The translations under genes were made by a program, and so were the position numbers. Shown in pieces: positions 9,801-16,912 of a DNA stretch of 20,000 bases (position 1 is the first letter of the stretch; each line of letters starts with the position of its first letter). The stretch is from an uncultured virus (IMG/VR IMGVR_UViG_3300030390_001081) (taxonomy: Duplodnaviria; Heunggongvirae; Uroviricota; Caudoviricetes), in IMG/VR virus record IMGVR_UViG_3300030390_001081, positions 47,151 to 67,150 of that record; one strand, given 5' to 3'. The notes beneath the pieces are model-generated. The model was not told where the DNA came from, ran no database searches, and was given only the letters and a program-made list of their open reading frames with translations.

Positions 9801-12800
9801 GCCCACTGATATAAATCAAAAGGTAGATCTACTAATATTGAAGGATCAAGAATTAGATGGAGATAGCGAAATGGATGCGCAAGGATATATGTTGCAAGAA
9901 GATGCAGACATAGTAGGAAACCAGTATGGTTTAAACTTTATGCGTAATGATTTTGAAACTGCTAGACATTTTAAATATGTTTATTACGGACAAGATTTAA
10001 GAGAGGATGCATTAGTTAATAATGTATTTGGTCCACATTCTGCAATGTACGCTAAAGCAAATGTAATGTCTATTACTAAAGATATGGAAAATAAAAATCC
10101 ATACTTAGCTAGCGTAGCAGAATTATTACGTGCTCGTAAAAAAGATTTAACTAATAGAAAAGAAAACTATCAAGTAGTAGCTTATCAAGAATCAGCTATT
10201 AAAACAGCTCCTTTTAAGTTAGAAGACTACACTATTAACTTAGACAATACAACTAGTTCTGGTGTTAATGCATTATATGAAATGCAGATAAAAGAACAAT
10301 ACGATAACTTGTACTCTAACGAAGAAGGCTATGTTGGATTAGATGGACAAAACTTTGGTGTACAACTTATATTAGATAAAGAAAAGTTTACATCACCAAT
10401 GGCCGCACAGTCATACTCACAACACCTTACTAATACTACGCCTGAAACTGAATTACTTGCACAAGGTGCACACCGTGCAATTGCAAGAGCTATGCAGTAT
10501 CAGTTGGAGGAATCAGGAGTAAAGAAGTATTATAATGTAGATGAATATACAGAGTCAAAACAAATATCTCTTAACAAGTCTTTGTTAGACAAGATAAGTT
10601 CTAACTGGGCTGGTAATCCTACTGCAAACTTAAGTGAATATGCAAGTCCATTTTTTCCTAAGTTAAATGTATCACGTAACTCTATATTAAATAAATTAAT
10701 TGTTGAGGTAGGTACAAAGGTAACAACACCTGGTACAATTGCATTTCAAGTAACTCCATATGGATATAACCTAAAATCATTTACAACTCTTGGAGCATTA
10801 AAAGAATCTGCTGCAGATCAAAATGAAAGAAATACAATAGACAAGTTAATTAATAAGTATGATAGTAACCTTACAGTTTCTGAAGTTATACTACCATATA
10901 ACATGCAAAAAGATTATAATGTAGGTGATATTATATTGGGTAGTAGAATACCTTCACACGCAAAATCTACGCAACCTGTATTAGTTGTAAAAGACTTTTT
11001 TGATAGAGATGCTGGTAGTATAATTGCTGTAGGTACTAAAGTATCTAAAGCTATGGGATCTGACCTTGATGGTGATGCTATTTTTGTAAATGGTAGGTAT
11101 GTTAAAAAGAATTTAAAATTATCTGAAACTGCATACAATAGAGCTTTTGATAATATAGTAAGTTTAAACGGACATCCTGCACATCAAGCAGAAGCATCTG
11201 AATCTATTGAATTTGAGGATACGGCAAAAGATGCTTTAAAGTTTTCTGAAGAAACATTAGGAAGAAAGCAAGATAGTTTTGCAGAAGAGTCTAGTCAAAT
11301 GATGCCTATAGGTATGTTAAATGCATTTAATGAAAATGTACCTGCTGGTGGTATGATTGGTATAGCAGCTACTATGCAAAGAGATTTAAATTATTTTGCA
11401 CATCACAATGCTGAGTTAGACTTTAGCGTAAGAATAAATGGTGTTGAAAGAAATAAAATAACAGATGATGGAGGTTTAACTTATTTACAAACAGCAAAAG
11501 TTTTAAACATTATACTTGATAATCCTAAGTATCAATATGCAAGAAAGTTAGGGTTTACATATGAAACAATTAAAACTGCAATGCTGTTGTTAAGAATGGG
11601 TTATAGTTTTAATGAGGTAGCTACAATACTTAATAGTCAGGGTGCATTAAAGTATGGTAAGTACGCATCAGAGAGAACTGTTATTAATGTAAATGATATG
11701 TCATACTATACGCCTGGACAAAAGGCTATGGTAGAATACTATGAAAGCGAAAACAATAATAAAGAAATAAATAGCTCTATAGAGTTCTTATCAAGAAAAC
11801 AATCGCCATCATTATATGTTAGACAAAACATTGATCCTCAGTTAAAAGTAGATAAAGGTGGTGTAATTAATCTTGACTTTAGTGATGTACAAAGCAACGA
11901 GTTTAATATGCAAGTAGTTAAGCTGCTTGATAATTTAAATAAAGTTGGTACAGAAGTGTTTAATGCTGGTAGAATTATTGGTGCATATGGTTTAACTATG
12001 CAGAATGGATTTCAAGTAGATAAACTTATATCAGACTTTAATAATGTAGGTTCTAAAGATTCTAGATTTATAGAAGGCCCTATAAATAAATTAAAAGCTG
12101 ATCCTATTATACAGCATAATATTAAAGTTCTTAATAAAATAAAAGAATTAGATCAAGAAATTAATACACAATATAGTACAGAAGCTGTAGCCGTACAAAA
12201 AGAAATAAATAAAATTGTTAGCTCTGACCAGCAAAACATATTTGAAAGTCATCCTATAGCTGTAAGACAATATCAATTATTTAGAATGCAACAAGACCTA
12301 TCTGTCTTACAAGATATGCCATCTATTGATGCATTGTTTGCTCAGATTGAACAAGTTAAACTAGAAAACGATAAACTGCCATATGAATTACAAAACAGAT
12401 TTATTGCTGATGGTATAATTTTAAACCCTGAAACAAAGTCTGTGTCTTTAAATAGTAGATTTGTTGATTCTAATATACCAGAGTCTGATTTATTTGTATT
12501 ACAAAGACACTTTGATTTATTAGATCAAAATAGAGGCATAGGAGCATTTGATGTTGCACCAGGTACACCAAGAATAGAAGTAGAAAGAGTAGAAAATGAA
12601 GATGGTTATATTCCTAAATATGCTGACTTTACTACTGATTTAAGAAAGACATTTATACAAATGGATTTTTTACAAAATGGCTGGATAGGTTCATCTTCTA
12701 CCTCTGTATTGTGGAGTCCTAATACACATGGAGTTGATTTTAAAATAAACCAAGAACTAAATAACCTTATACTTGATAACAAGCGTACAGTTACTAATGA

Positions 12801-15720
12801 AGAAGCTAAAAGTATTGCACTAAACTTTTTAAAAGATTATTCTTTTAATGCTCCTTCTGTTACTATGAGAGAAAGCGATATATCAGAAGATGGAACAGTA
12901 TATGTTATAGCTGGTTTCCCACCGCCTGTTGTAGATAAATTACAAAAAGAAAATACACAACACGTTGTAAAGTCTTGGGATAACACAGATAAAAAATACA
13001 GAACTTTTGAATATGTAGATGGTAAGTATTATTTAATTGGTGAGTCTAAGTTTAATCCTAAAACACAAGAACAGCATAATAGAAATAATAAAACTAAAAC
13101 ATTTAAACAAGTTACTAGAAAAGCAGTTGATAGAACTTTCTTTGCTAAAAGATCTAATAAAGGTAAATACAAAGGTGCTAACGATGTATCTGACACTATA
13201 ACTAATAGAGCTGAACAATCTGGTATACCTACTAAAGCATTATCTAAAGATGCTTACTTTCAAATTAAAGGTTTGTCTTCTCGTAACAGAACTATTTCTG
13301 CTGGTACTGAACAGTATTATAATAAAATGTATGAGAACTATGTAGATCAACATCAAGATTTATATGATACATTGTATTTACCAAATATTAAAACTAACAA
13401 ATACAAAGAAATGTCTGAAGGTGAATTAGTTAGCATTTCTGTTGACCTAATTAATTTTGATAAAGTATTATATAATCAATATATAGAATACATTGGCGTA
13501 GAGCTTACTGAAAGAATGGAGAAAGAGCAGATAGCAAACATTGCTAAAGTAGCTAACAAAAATAATATATCTCTTGTAGGTAAAGATTTGGGCGCTTGGG
13601 AATCTTGGCTTATATCTAATAATTTAAAACAAACTAATCCTGAAGTACAGAACATTATAAGAAAACTTCAAAATGATTACATGAAGTTTGTAAAAGATTA
13701 TAGACGTGAAGCTATGATAATATCTAAATTAGAAAAACAGATTAAAGATAATAGACTATCTAATCTTACTAACTCACAAATGGTTGGACTGTTTCTAAAA
13801 GGAAAGCTTAATGATTATATATATAAAAATTTATATAAAACAAAAGTAAACGCAGATGGTAGAGAGTTTATTGTACTTAGATCTGAAGAAGAAATAAAAG
13901 GTTTACCTCAATATGAAATTGAGTTTTATTTTAAGTTTAAAGATATGGTGCAAAAATATAGTCCTGGTATTGATGAATCATCTATACCTTACAAGTCTAT
14001 GTCTGGTATACCTTCATTGGCTAGACACGGTTTATTAGGATTATACAAATCACAAATAGGTAGTACTTCTGATTTAAATAATATAAAAGTATTAGGAGAG
14101 TTGCCAGATGGAACTACAGAGATAAGAACATTTGCTGAGTTTAAAACATTGTATGAAGCTAAAACAAAAGATTCTTTATTGAATAAAGCTAAAAATATTG
14201 TAAGATTAGAAAAAGTTCGTAAGCGTGCTGTAGCAGCATCTAAAAGAGGAATGAATGATGATAAGACTCCTATAATTTTAAATAAAGCAGAGAGAGCTAC
14301 AATGACTGATAGCGATATATTCTACAATATGATTGACAATAAAAATGTTAGTGTGTCTGAACTTGGTTCTAAAGACCTGGGCGATATACTTAAATCATAT
14401 GTTCATAGTAATATGTTTAAACATGGATCACAAAGATTTAGACAAGATTATTTAAATACAGTTAATGTTATTACAGATAAAAATGGTAAAAAGTATTTTG
14501 AAGAAACTTATCAACAATGGGCAGTTAGAAACGAGAAAGATGATTTCTTAGGGATGCAGTCTTACTTACCATTAATTGATGGAGCTATAGCACTAAACAA
14601 GCTTAAGGGTAATGACAACATGGTTGATTACTTACAGGAAGTTTGGAAAGATAATATTATAGGTGGTAAAAAACAAAAAGCATTTAAAGGTCCATTTGAT
14701 TGGGCTGTAAATAAATTAGTAGATTTAACTACACTATCATATATTGGTTTAGATTCTTCTGTTGTTATTGGTAATGCTGCCATGGGTAAGTATACATCTT
14801 TACGTGCTAAAGGTGGTAAAGAATTTATAAGTGGTGAGAAAAGATTTTGGCAAGGTTTTCTTGGTGGACAAGAATCTGTAAAAGATAAACTTACTCGTGC
14901 TAAAAAGTTAGAGTTTGGTTCTACAAATAAAACCTCAGCTATGTTGAATGAATTATTTAAGTTTGAATACTATCAGTATGAGGATATATCTGCAGTACAC
15001 AAACAAAATCCTTTGTTTAGACTTGCTTTATGGCCAATGGAACAATCTGAAAAATGGATACAAGGTGTAATGTTCTTTGGACAAATGTCACAAAAACAAT
15101 GGAACTCGTATGATGCTGATGCTGATGGTAATTTATTAGTAAAAGCTGTAGATGGTAAGTTTTATAAATACAGTGATTTAGAATTAAGTGATGTTAGTGA
15201 AGATGCATTAAGTATAGATCGTATTAATCAGATAGTATTTGATGTAAAAAAACAACAAGGATTTGGTTACTCGCCATTAGATCAACGTAGATTATCTATG
15301 TACTCCTGGGGTAGAGCTTTAGGACAATTTAAAAAATATTTCTTTTCATTAAGTAGAGAAAGATTTGGATCTGAAAATATAGACATGTATGGTAATGCGG
15401 ACGTAGGTACTTATCGTGCAGCATTTGAATATACTAAAGATATGTATCAAGGTAAAAAAGATTTTAATGATTTTAAAAAGTTACCTAAATACAAAAAAGA
15501 TGCAATAATAAGATATGTAAGAGGTGTGGCTGTTACGTTTGCAGCAATGTTAGCATATGGATTATCATCTGAAGATGATGATAGTATTATATCAAATCAG
15601 ATTAATAAAACTGCACACGCAAGAATACAAGAACAAAATATTTTCTTTAATCCAGAAAGATTAAAATTTATGGCTACACCGCCAGCAGTGAATTTTGTTT
15701 CGGATAGATTAGGATATTAA
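3811..15720 (+). CDS. Giant virion-packaged protein: two-barrel (double-psi beta-barrel) DNA-dependent RNA polymerase fused to a zincin-like metalloprotease and ejection-type domains (3969 aa)
   Basis: Catalytic DxDGD as GSDLDGD (D2418-D2422, nt 11062-11076), with the RxP motif GSRIPSH 39 aa upstream (R2379, nt 10945). Motifs resembling those I recall from crAss-like vRNAPs: FIGDHKQFK..DYVKR (9724-9774), DAQGY (9874-9888), IGIAA (11356-11370), ILDNPK (11512-11529). HEYTGH at 6592-6609 with EEGWA at 7000-7014. Confidence 0.88.
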   Translation: MGFDLNEFFQSQVKGARGGYQQAQDDLKQDVDNYDVGGPMDANPGEDFSISQGDISASALQQRTSFRTTGRGSGFQTPEMIIPEDPNVQGAIDQDRFLKQSMTRTEDIARSEVSRLQRSLIAGSGQVVSMVGDIFNFLHAITPDTGETFEPFETVGTFLTKHGDKTMNEYKNTYIPEELETIGVNDMFNPTFWTGDVAQQVPNFLSMLTPGVLGTKLASKGLLKYLPKYTKASRGFLDDTVGVVTRTKGGLGSLTPIINVGIEGADDFILSRSGKALSAFLGGGIGTTMVDGATIAGQTYRQGLQVGLTEEESSVAAANVFGNNFAWAGINGISWGLTFGGVRLAPVRGLVNKMPKNTFGKTVSGILQSRITSGISKAGLEAVEESFQETYQDWVQKRQLAKAQGIPFEYDGDYLYLSSGYAEYYNSPENNRTKYVAGATGILGGGFSSIINDTAKQQLAMDRQREILEQNLDLLNDNSRTSRLAVVDNVVKHSVESRETGELTAYLQQQLDKGIIDQKLFDFYTNVINSYEELYNRIPEYIEETEGFGKEQYFSNLTLVERNKNALKYSEEELQSWKDANKDSEGTKGYNEVLAQKEGELAELANELEQASAKAREINLGIEQEILTENRKFKKGVSVTPEGKLTRGEGKKVGGKFAPESKLDQEQKEDILTKEAEKKQAKEESKESEKTEEQTEGEPSVVKRVVDKAGDIARKTGERLGIVSAKEETPETTPTEETTPEVAAESKTETKQQASEDVSVSKVASKIKTGTLSPENVRTQDKTDVDAAVKSVAQKLDSGVTADKLTENEKTIAIEFAQEVRQARKKKVETKTKSKTKTETSQKSKPKPRDKKGKKSNYKSANQAVTKNLNFRLRNARIANTMFIQDKLGIAVGVIDSSYNHFGTTPAYEVAGAIFVDPNKLYQELFVHEYTGHIYFRANQDSPLIKKFIQEYANSNEYAAMKGRYPELEMFTYNGQELTLSEISQDLHERSFNKDDNFYYAELEADLQALIDIVDEIAANETAGAYEGTGVTKQIEDYAELKRMLQENKLVKELKPQQQMALMEEGWATYISDPDNPNTREDARKIFDGLMENPEENKKRKSRIKRFWNIVSKQGKSIEKEATTTLQSKEGLAGLSLDEIKSRLTSDMLRMTPEEVRQGRATSSRRMNYKPNRSLTDTSVFENELATNVYNELVNNPKLIKEFAERYKDNPSDLLQDEEFINVIVESMTQLSYQYGVHNRFAEAIIYNTKKLSKLNREVIDLQKKIDSATNLDSRREFVKQAKFKRAQLVKAAAKIQPKDIDTTTIQMGDNSMSVRNFAQAIAFKVMNRRGINSAFNKFNAQVSKLSKDATLSKIEETFNNALKKEGLSDLQIEGLASEQLRVVIDEYEKVFGLNYHGLDAITDINELVDYSDNILNIYNKDKDELLSGLSSLMMDFTRVYMQTEEAQSKKKTSRQPYVKQKALGAMAIILQTAQQHRGDLQGFIGSIRSNKNSSVRAFLKYLEDRLQVEGVKYKKPLQLLRTKERSGVMKSLADHLLTSVWINFSNKTNEQIFNTVQRGNDSTQTNDLDLFNEETTASEERALVARVIKEGGFIFNQGKDGARRRRDVAFTQKMIDAIRGLNEDKSTTFQDAESILMEMFDVYGGNYFFWNTLEQTGVVDGKNRISLNDWFKKNEKKIIKASKDPKIAVDVFAPVLQQAALNSRVFYYFTMIKNAEGNPSNTMNSRSFIINQNERLNEFFTRKDNETDQEYNDRVFDRAKALRDIYGDNAYLPFELKTIDGVFTVQPKQNVLKFRGGLISQLNNKGLNYVRLTPQELMVSEMTDFISALGRRRQTDSDGNIVDTTYMQQVGVFAEKTRMYYVETKLLKDTQIKEEIDLRLSEYVGQTYQDGKLILPFIKSKGKKAVIDEVYVNKQVRLLGNHINNNLHLYKDNVDFQNLFDGNKLNAQGKKALRTYILNYGINRFQAQRMFIGDHKQFKNETDYVKRSAGAIARQMPTDINQKVDLLILKDQELDGDSEMDAQGYMLQEDADIVGNQYGLNFMRNDFETARHFKYVYYGQDLREDALVNNVFGPHSAMYAKANVMSITKDMENKNPYLASVAELLRARKKDLTNRKENYQVVAYQESAIKTAPFKLEDYTINLDNTTSSGVNALYEMQIKEQYDNLYSNEEGYVGLDGQNFGVQLILDKEKFTSPMAAQSYSQHLTNTTPETELLAQGAHRAIARAMQYQLEESGVKKYYNVDEYTESKQISLNKSLLDKISSNWAGNPTANLSEYASPFFPKLNVSRNSILNKLIVEVGTKVTTPGTIAFQVTPYGYNLKSFTTLGALKESAADQNERNTIDKLINKYDSNLTVSEVILPYNMQKDYNVGDIILGSRIPSHAKSTQPVLVVKDFFDRDAGSIIAVGTKVSKAMGSDLDGDAIFVNGRYVKKNLKLSETAYNRAFDNIVSLNGHPAHQAEASESIEFEDTAKDALKFSEETLGRKQDSFAEESSQMMPIGMLNAFNENVPAGGMIGIAATMQRDLNYFAHHNAELDFSVRINGVERNKITDDGGLTYLQTAKVLNIILDNPKYQYARKLGFTYETIKTAMLLLRMGYSFNEVATILNSQGALKYGKYASERTVINVNDMSYYTPGQKAMVEYYESENNNKEINSSIEFLSRKQSPSLYVRQNIDPQLKVDKGGVINLDFSDVQSNEFNMQVVKLLDNLNKVGTEVFNAGRIIGAYGLTMQNGFQVDKLISDFNNVGSKDSRFIEGPINKLKADPIIQHNIKVLNKIKELDQEINTQYSTEAVAVQKEINKIVSSDQQNIFESHPIAVRQYQLFRMQQDLSVLQDMPSIDALFAQIEQVKLENDKLPYELQNRFIADGIILNPETKSVSLNSRFVDSNIPESDLFVLQRHFDLLDQNRGIGAFDVAPGTPRIEVERVENEDGYIPKYADFTTDLRKTFIQMDFLQNGWIGSSSTSVLWSPNTHGVDFKINQELNNLILDNKRTVTNEEAKSIALNFLKDYSFNAPSVTMRESDISEDGTVYVIAGFPPPVVDKLQKENTQHVVKSWDNTDKKYRTFEYVDGKYYLIGESKFNPKTQEQHNRNNKTKTFKQVTRKAVDRTFFAKRSNKGKYKGANDVSDTITNRAEQSGIPTKALSKDAYFQIKGLSSRNRTISAGTEQYYNKMYENYVDQHQDLYDTLYLPNIKTNKYKEMSEGELVSISVDLINFDKVLYNQYIEYIGVELTERMEKEQIANIAKVANKNNISLVGKDLGAWESWLISNNLKQTNPEVQNIIRKLQNDYMKFVKDYRREAMIISKLEKQIKDNRLSNLTNSQMVGLFLKGKLNDYIYKNLYKTKVNADGREFIVLRSEEEIKGLPQYEIEFYFKFKDMVQKYSPGIDESSIPYKSMSGIPSLARHGLLGLYKSQIGSTSDLNNIKVLGELPDGTTEIRTFAEFKTLYEAKTKDSLLNKAKNIVRLEKVRKRAVAASKRGMNDDKTPIILNKAERATMTDSDIFYNMIDNKNVSVSELGSKDLGDILKSYVHSNMFKHGSQRFRQDYLNTVNVITDKNGKKYFEETYQQWAVRNEKDDFLGMQSYLPLIDGAIALNKLKGNDNMVDYLQEVWKDNIIGGKKQKAFKGPFDWAVNKLVDLTTLSYIGLDSSVVIGNAAMGKYTSLRAKGGKEFISGEKRFWQGFLGGQESVKDKLTRAKKLEFGSTNKTSAMLNELFKFEYYQYEDISAVHKQNPLFRLALWPMEQSEKWIQGVMFFGQMSQKQWNSYDADADGNLLVKAVDGKFYKYSDLELSDVSEDALSIDRINQIVFDVKKQQGFGYSPLDQRRLSMYSWGRALGQFKKYFFSLSRERFGSENIDMYGNADVGTYRAAFEYTKDMYQGKKDFNDFKKLPKYKKDAIIRYVRGVAVTFAAMLAYGLSSEDDDSIISNQINKTAHARIQEQNIFFNPERLKFMATPPAVNFVSDRLGY
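6592..7014 (+). other. Zincin-like metallopeptidase motif region within the giant protein (HExxGH ... EExxA)
   Basis: AGAIFVDPNK-LYQELFVHEYTGHIYF gives a beta-strand followed by a helix carrying HExxxH (H928); a downstream helix LMEEGWA (E1064) could supply the third Zn ligand. This layout is typical of metallopeptidase domains in phage polyvalent/ejection proteins. Confidence 0.7.
9721..11529 (+). other. RNA polymerase catalytic core (both double-psi beta-barrels plus bridge/trigger-like elements) within the giant protein
   Basis: Ordered motifs GD....K...D..KR, DAQG, HFKYVYYG, YAKAN, KVTTPG, RIP, DLDGD, IGIAA, ILDNPK. Boundaries are approximate. Confidence 0.8.
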
Positions 15721-15724
15721 TTAT

Positions 15725-15732
15725 TATATTTG
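15725..15732 (+). promoter_or_regulatory. Bacteroidota primary-sigma promoter -7 element (TAnnTTTG)
   Basis: TATATTTG lies in the 26-nt gap between the RNAP stop (15720) and the next ATG (15747), the longest intergenic gap in the window, followed by an A-rich leader. No canonically spaced -33 TTTG is seen (the nearest TTTG, 15694-15697, is 27 nt away). Confidence 0.6.
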
Positions 15733-15746
15733 TAAAAAATAATAAC

Positions 15747-16112
15747 ATGGCAAATACAAATGACGTAAATGGTGCAGCACTAGGTAAATATGGTGTAGCT
15801 TATATGGATACAACCGATTTATTTACACCACCAAATGGTATGGTGATTGTAGCTATACAGTTTCTTGCACAAAATACTTTAAATACTTTAACGTCTTTTG
15901 ATACTGATTCTGGTACTAGAAGGTATGCGAATACTGCTAATGCAGCACATGCAGCAGAGGATAATTTAGAAGGAAAAAATGGTGCGCAGTTAGACAATAC
16001 TGCTATATTTCCAGTAGGAACAATTATTTATGGTAGATGGAGTACTGTAAAATTACAAACTGCAGATTCTAATGGAGGTATATTAATTTATTTATCACCA
16101 AAAGGTAGTTAG
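15747..16112 (+). CDS. Small beta-rich hypothetical protein, possibly virion-associated; paralog of 16544..16912
   Basis: 121 aa, A-rich leader, TAG stop. Shares MAN..D...A.LG.YG, M...AI..LA and FP.G..I.GRW..V.L blocks with 16544..16912. Confidence 0.75.
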   Translation: MANTNDVNGAALGKYGVAYMDTTDLFTPPNGMVIVAIQFLAQNTLNTLTSFDTDSGTRRYANTANAAHAAEDNLEGKNGAQLDNTAIFPVGTIIYGRWSTVKLQTADSNGGILIYLSPKGS

Positions 16113-16113
16113 A

Positions 16114-16536
16114 ATGTCAATTAAAAAAGATTATACAAATAGTACTATAAGAAACGATTACAAAAGTAGAGTTAAAAGTCAAACTCTTACTAAAATTGTT
16201 GTAGAAAATGAAGAAAAAAGAAGTAGAGCGGAACTATTAGATATGGTTGAAGAATTATTTGAAGGACAAAAAAAACAATTAGACTTTAGAGATCTACGAG
16301 CTATGATTCATATGCTTGTAAAATCTGTAGAAAATAATACAGATGATGATACAGGAGCTACAGCTGGACAAGTAACAGCTATCAACGCTAATACAGCTAA
16401 AATAACTCAAGGTTTAAATACAGCAAACTCAAGTATGACATTTGATATAATTGAGAGTAGAGGTGCATATAGTATAAGAATTAATGTCGTTTGCGATGAC
16501 GGCCAAACAAGAACATTTACAACAAGTTTAAGATAA
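16114..16536 (+). CDS. Hypothetical protein (helical N-part, AINANTAK segment, short beta C-terminus)
   Basis: 140-aa ORF starting 1 nt after the upstream stop and ending 7 nt before the next start. GQVTAINANTAKIT resembles trimeric coiled-coil segments of phage fibre proteins (weak). Confidence 0.65.
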   Translation: MSIKKDYTNSTIRNDYKSRVKSQTLTKIVVENEEKRSRAELLDMVEELFEGQKKQLDFRDLRAMIHMLVKSVENNTDDDTGATAGQVTAINANTAKITQGLNTANSSMTFDIIESRGAYSIRINVVCDDGQTRTFTTSLR

Positions 16537-16543
16537 AAAAATT

Positions 16544-16912
16544 ATGGCAAATAATACAGATATATATAATGCAACGCTTGGTCAATATGGATCATCGTTT
16601 ATTACAGGTGACGGTGGAACTGTCGATTTAAATGGTACTTCATCAACAATGTTTGTAATAGCAATTACAATGTTAGCTGATACAACATTTCAGAACTTAC
16701 AAACTTATAAAGGTGAGATAAAATCTATAAGTACAGTTACAGCTGAAAATGATCATGATGCAGAATTTGGTGCAGCATCAAATGCTACTGATATTACTAC
16801 ATCACACACTTTTCCAAAAGGTGTAACAATATTTGGAAGATGGGATTTTGTAGAACTTAATAGTGGAACTTGTGTTTGTTATTTTGCACCACAACCATTT
16901 AATGTGTCGTAA
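16544..16912 (+). CDS. Small beta-rich hypothetical protein; paralog of 15747..16112
   Basis: 122 aa; same conserved blocks as 15747..16112; its stop overlaps the next start (TAATG). Confidence 0.75.
   Translation: MANNTDIYNATLGQYGSSFITGDGGTVDLNGTSSTMFVIAITMLADTTFQNLQTYKGEIKSISTVTAENDHDAEFGAASNATDITTSHTFPKGVTIFGRWDFVELNSGTCVCYFAPQPFNVS

Noticed and set aside
11461..11484. TDDGGLTY resembling an Asp-box (BNR) motif
   Set aside because: Single copy inside the RNAP core; Asp-boxes are normally repeated in beta-propellers.
9721..11529. Intein or self-splicing intron in the polymerase gene
   Set aside because: The ORF is uninterrupted, RNAP motif spacing is compact, and I saw no intein-like C/S...HN junctions or homing-endonuclease motifs.
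3811..16112. Stop-codon reassignment (TAG or TGA), known in some crAss-like phages
   Set aside because: An 11.9-kb ORF and all neighbours are intact under the standard code with no internal TAG or TGA. The single TAG stop (16110-16112) ends the gene at a length matching its paralog, and readthrough would add only 4 residues.
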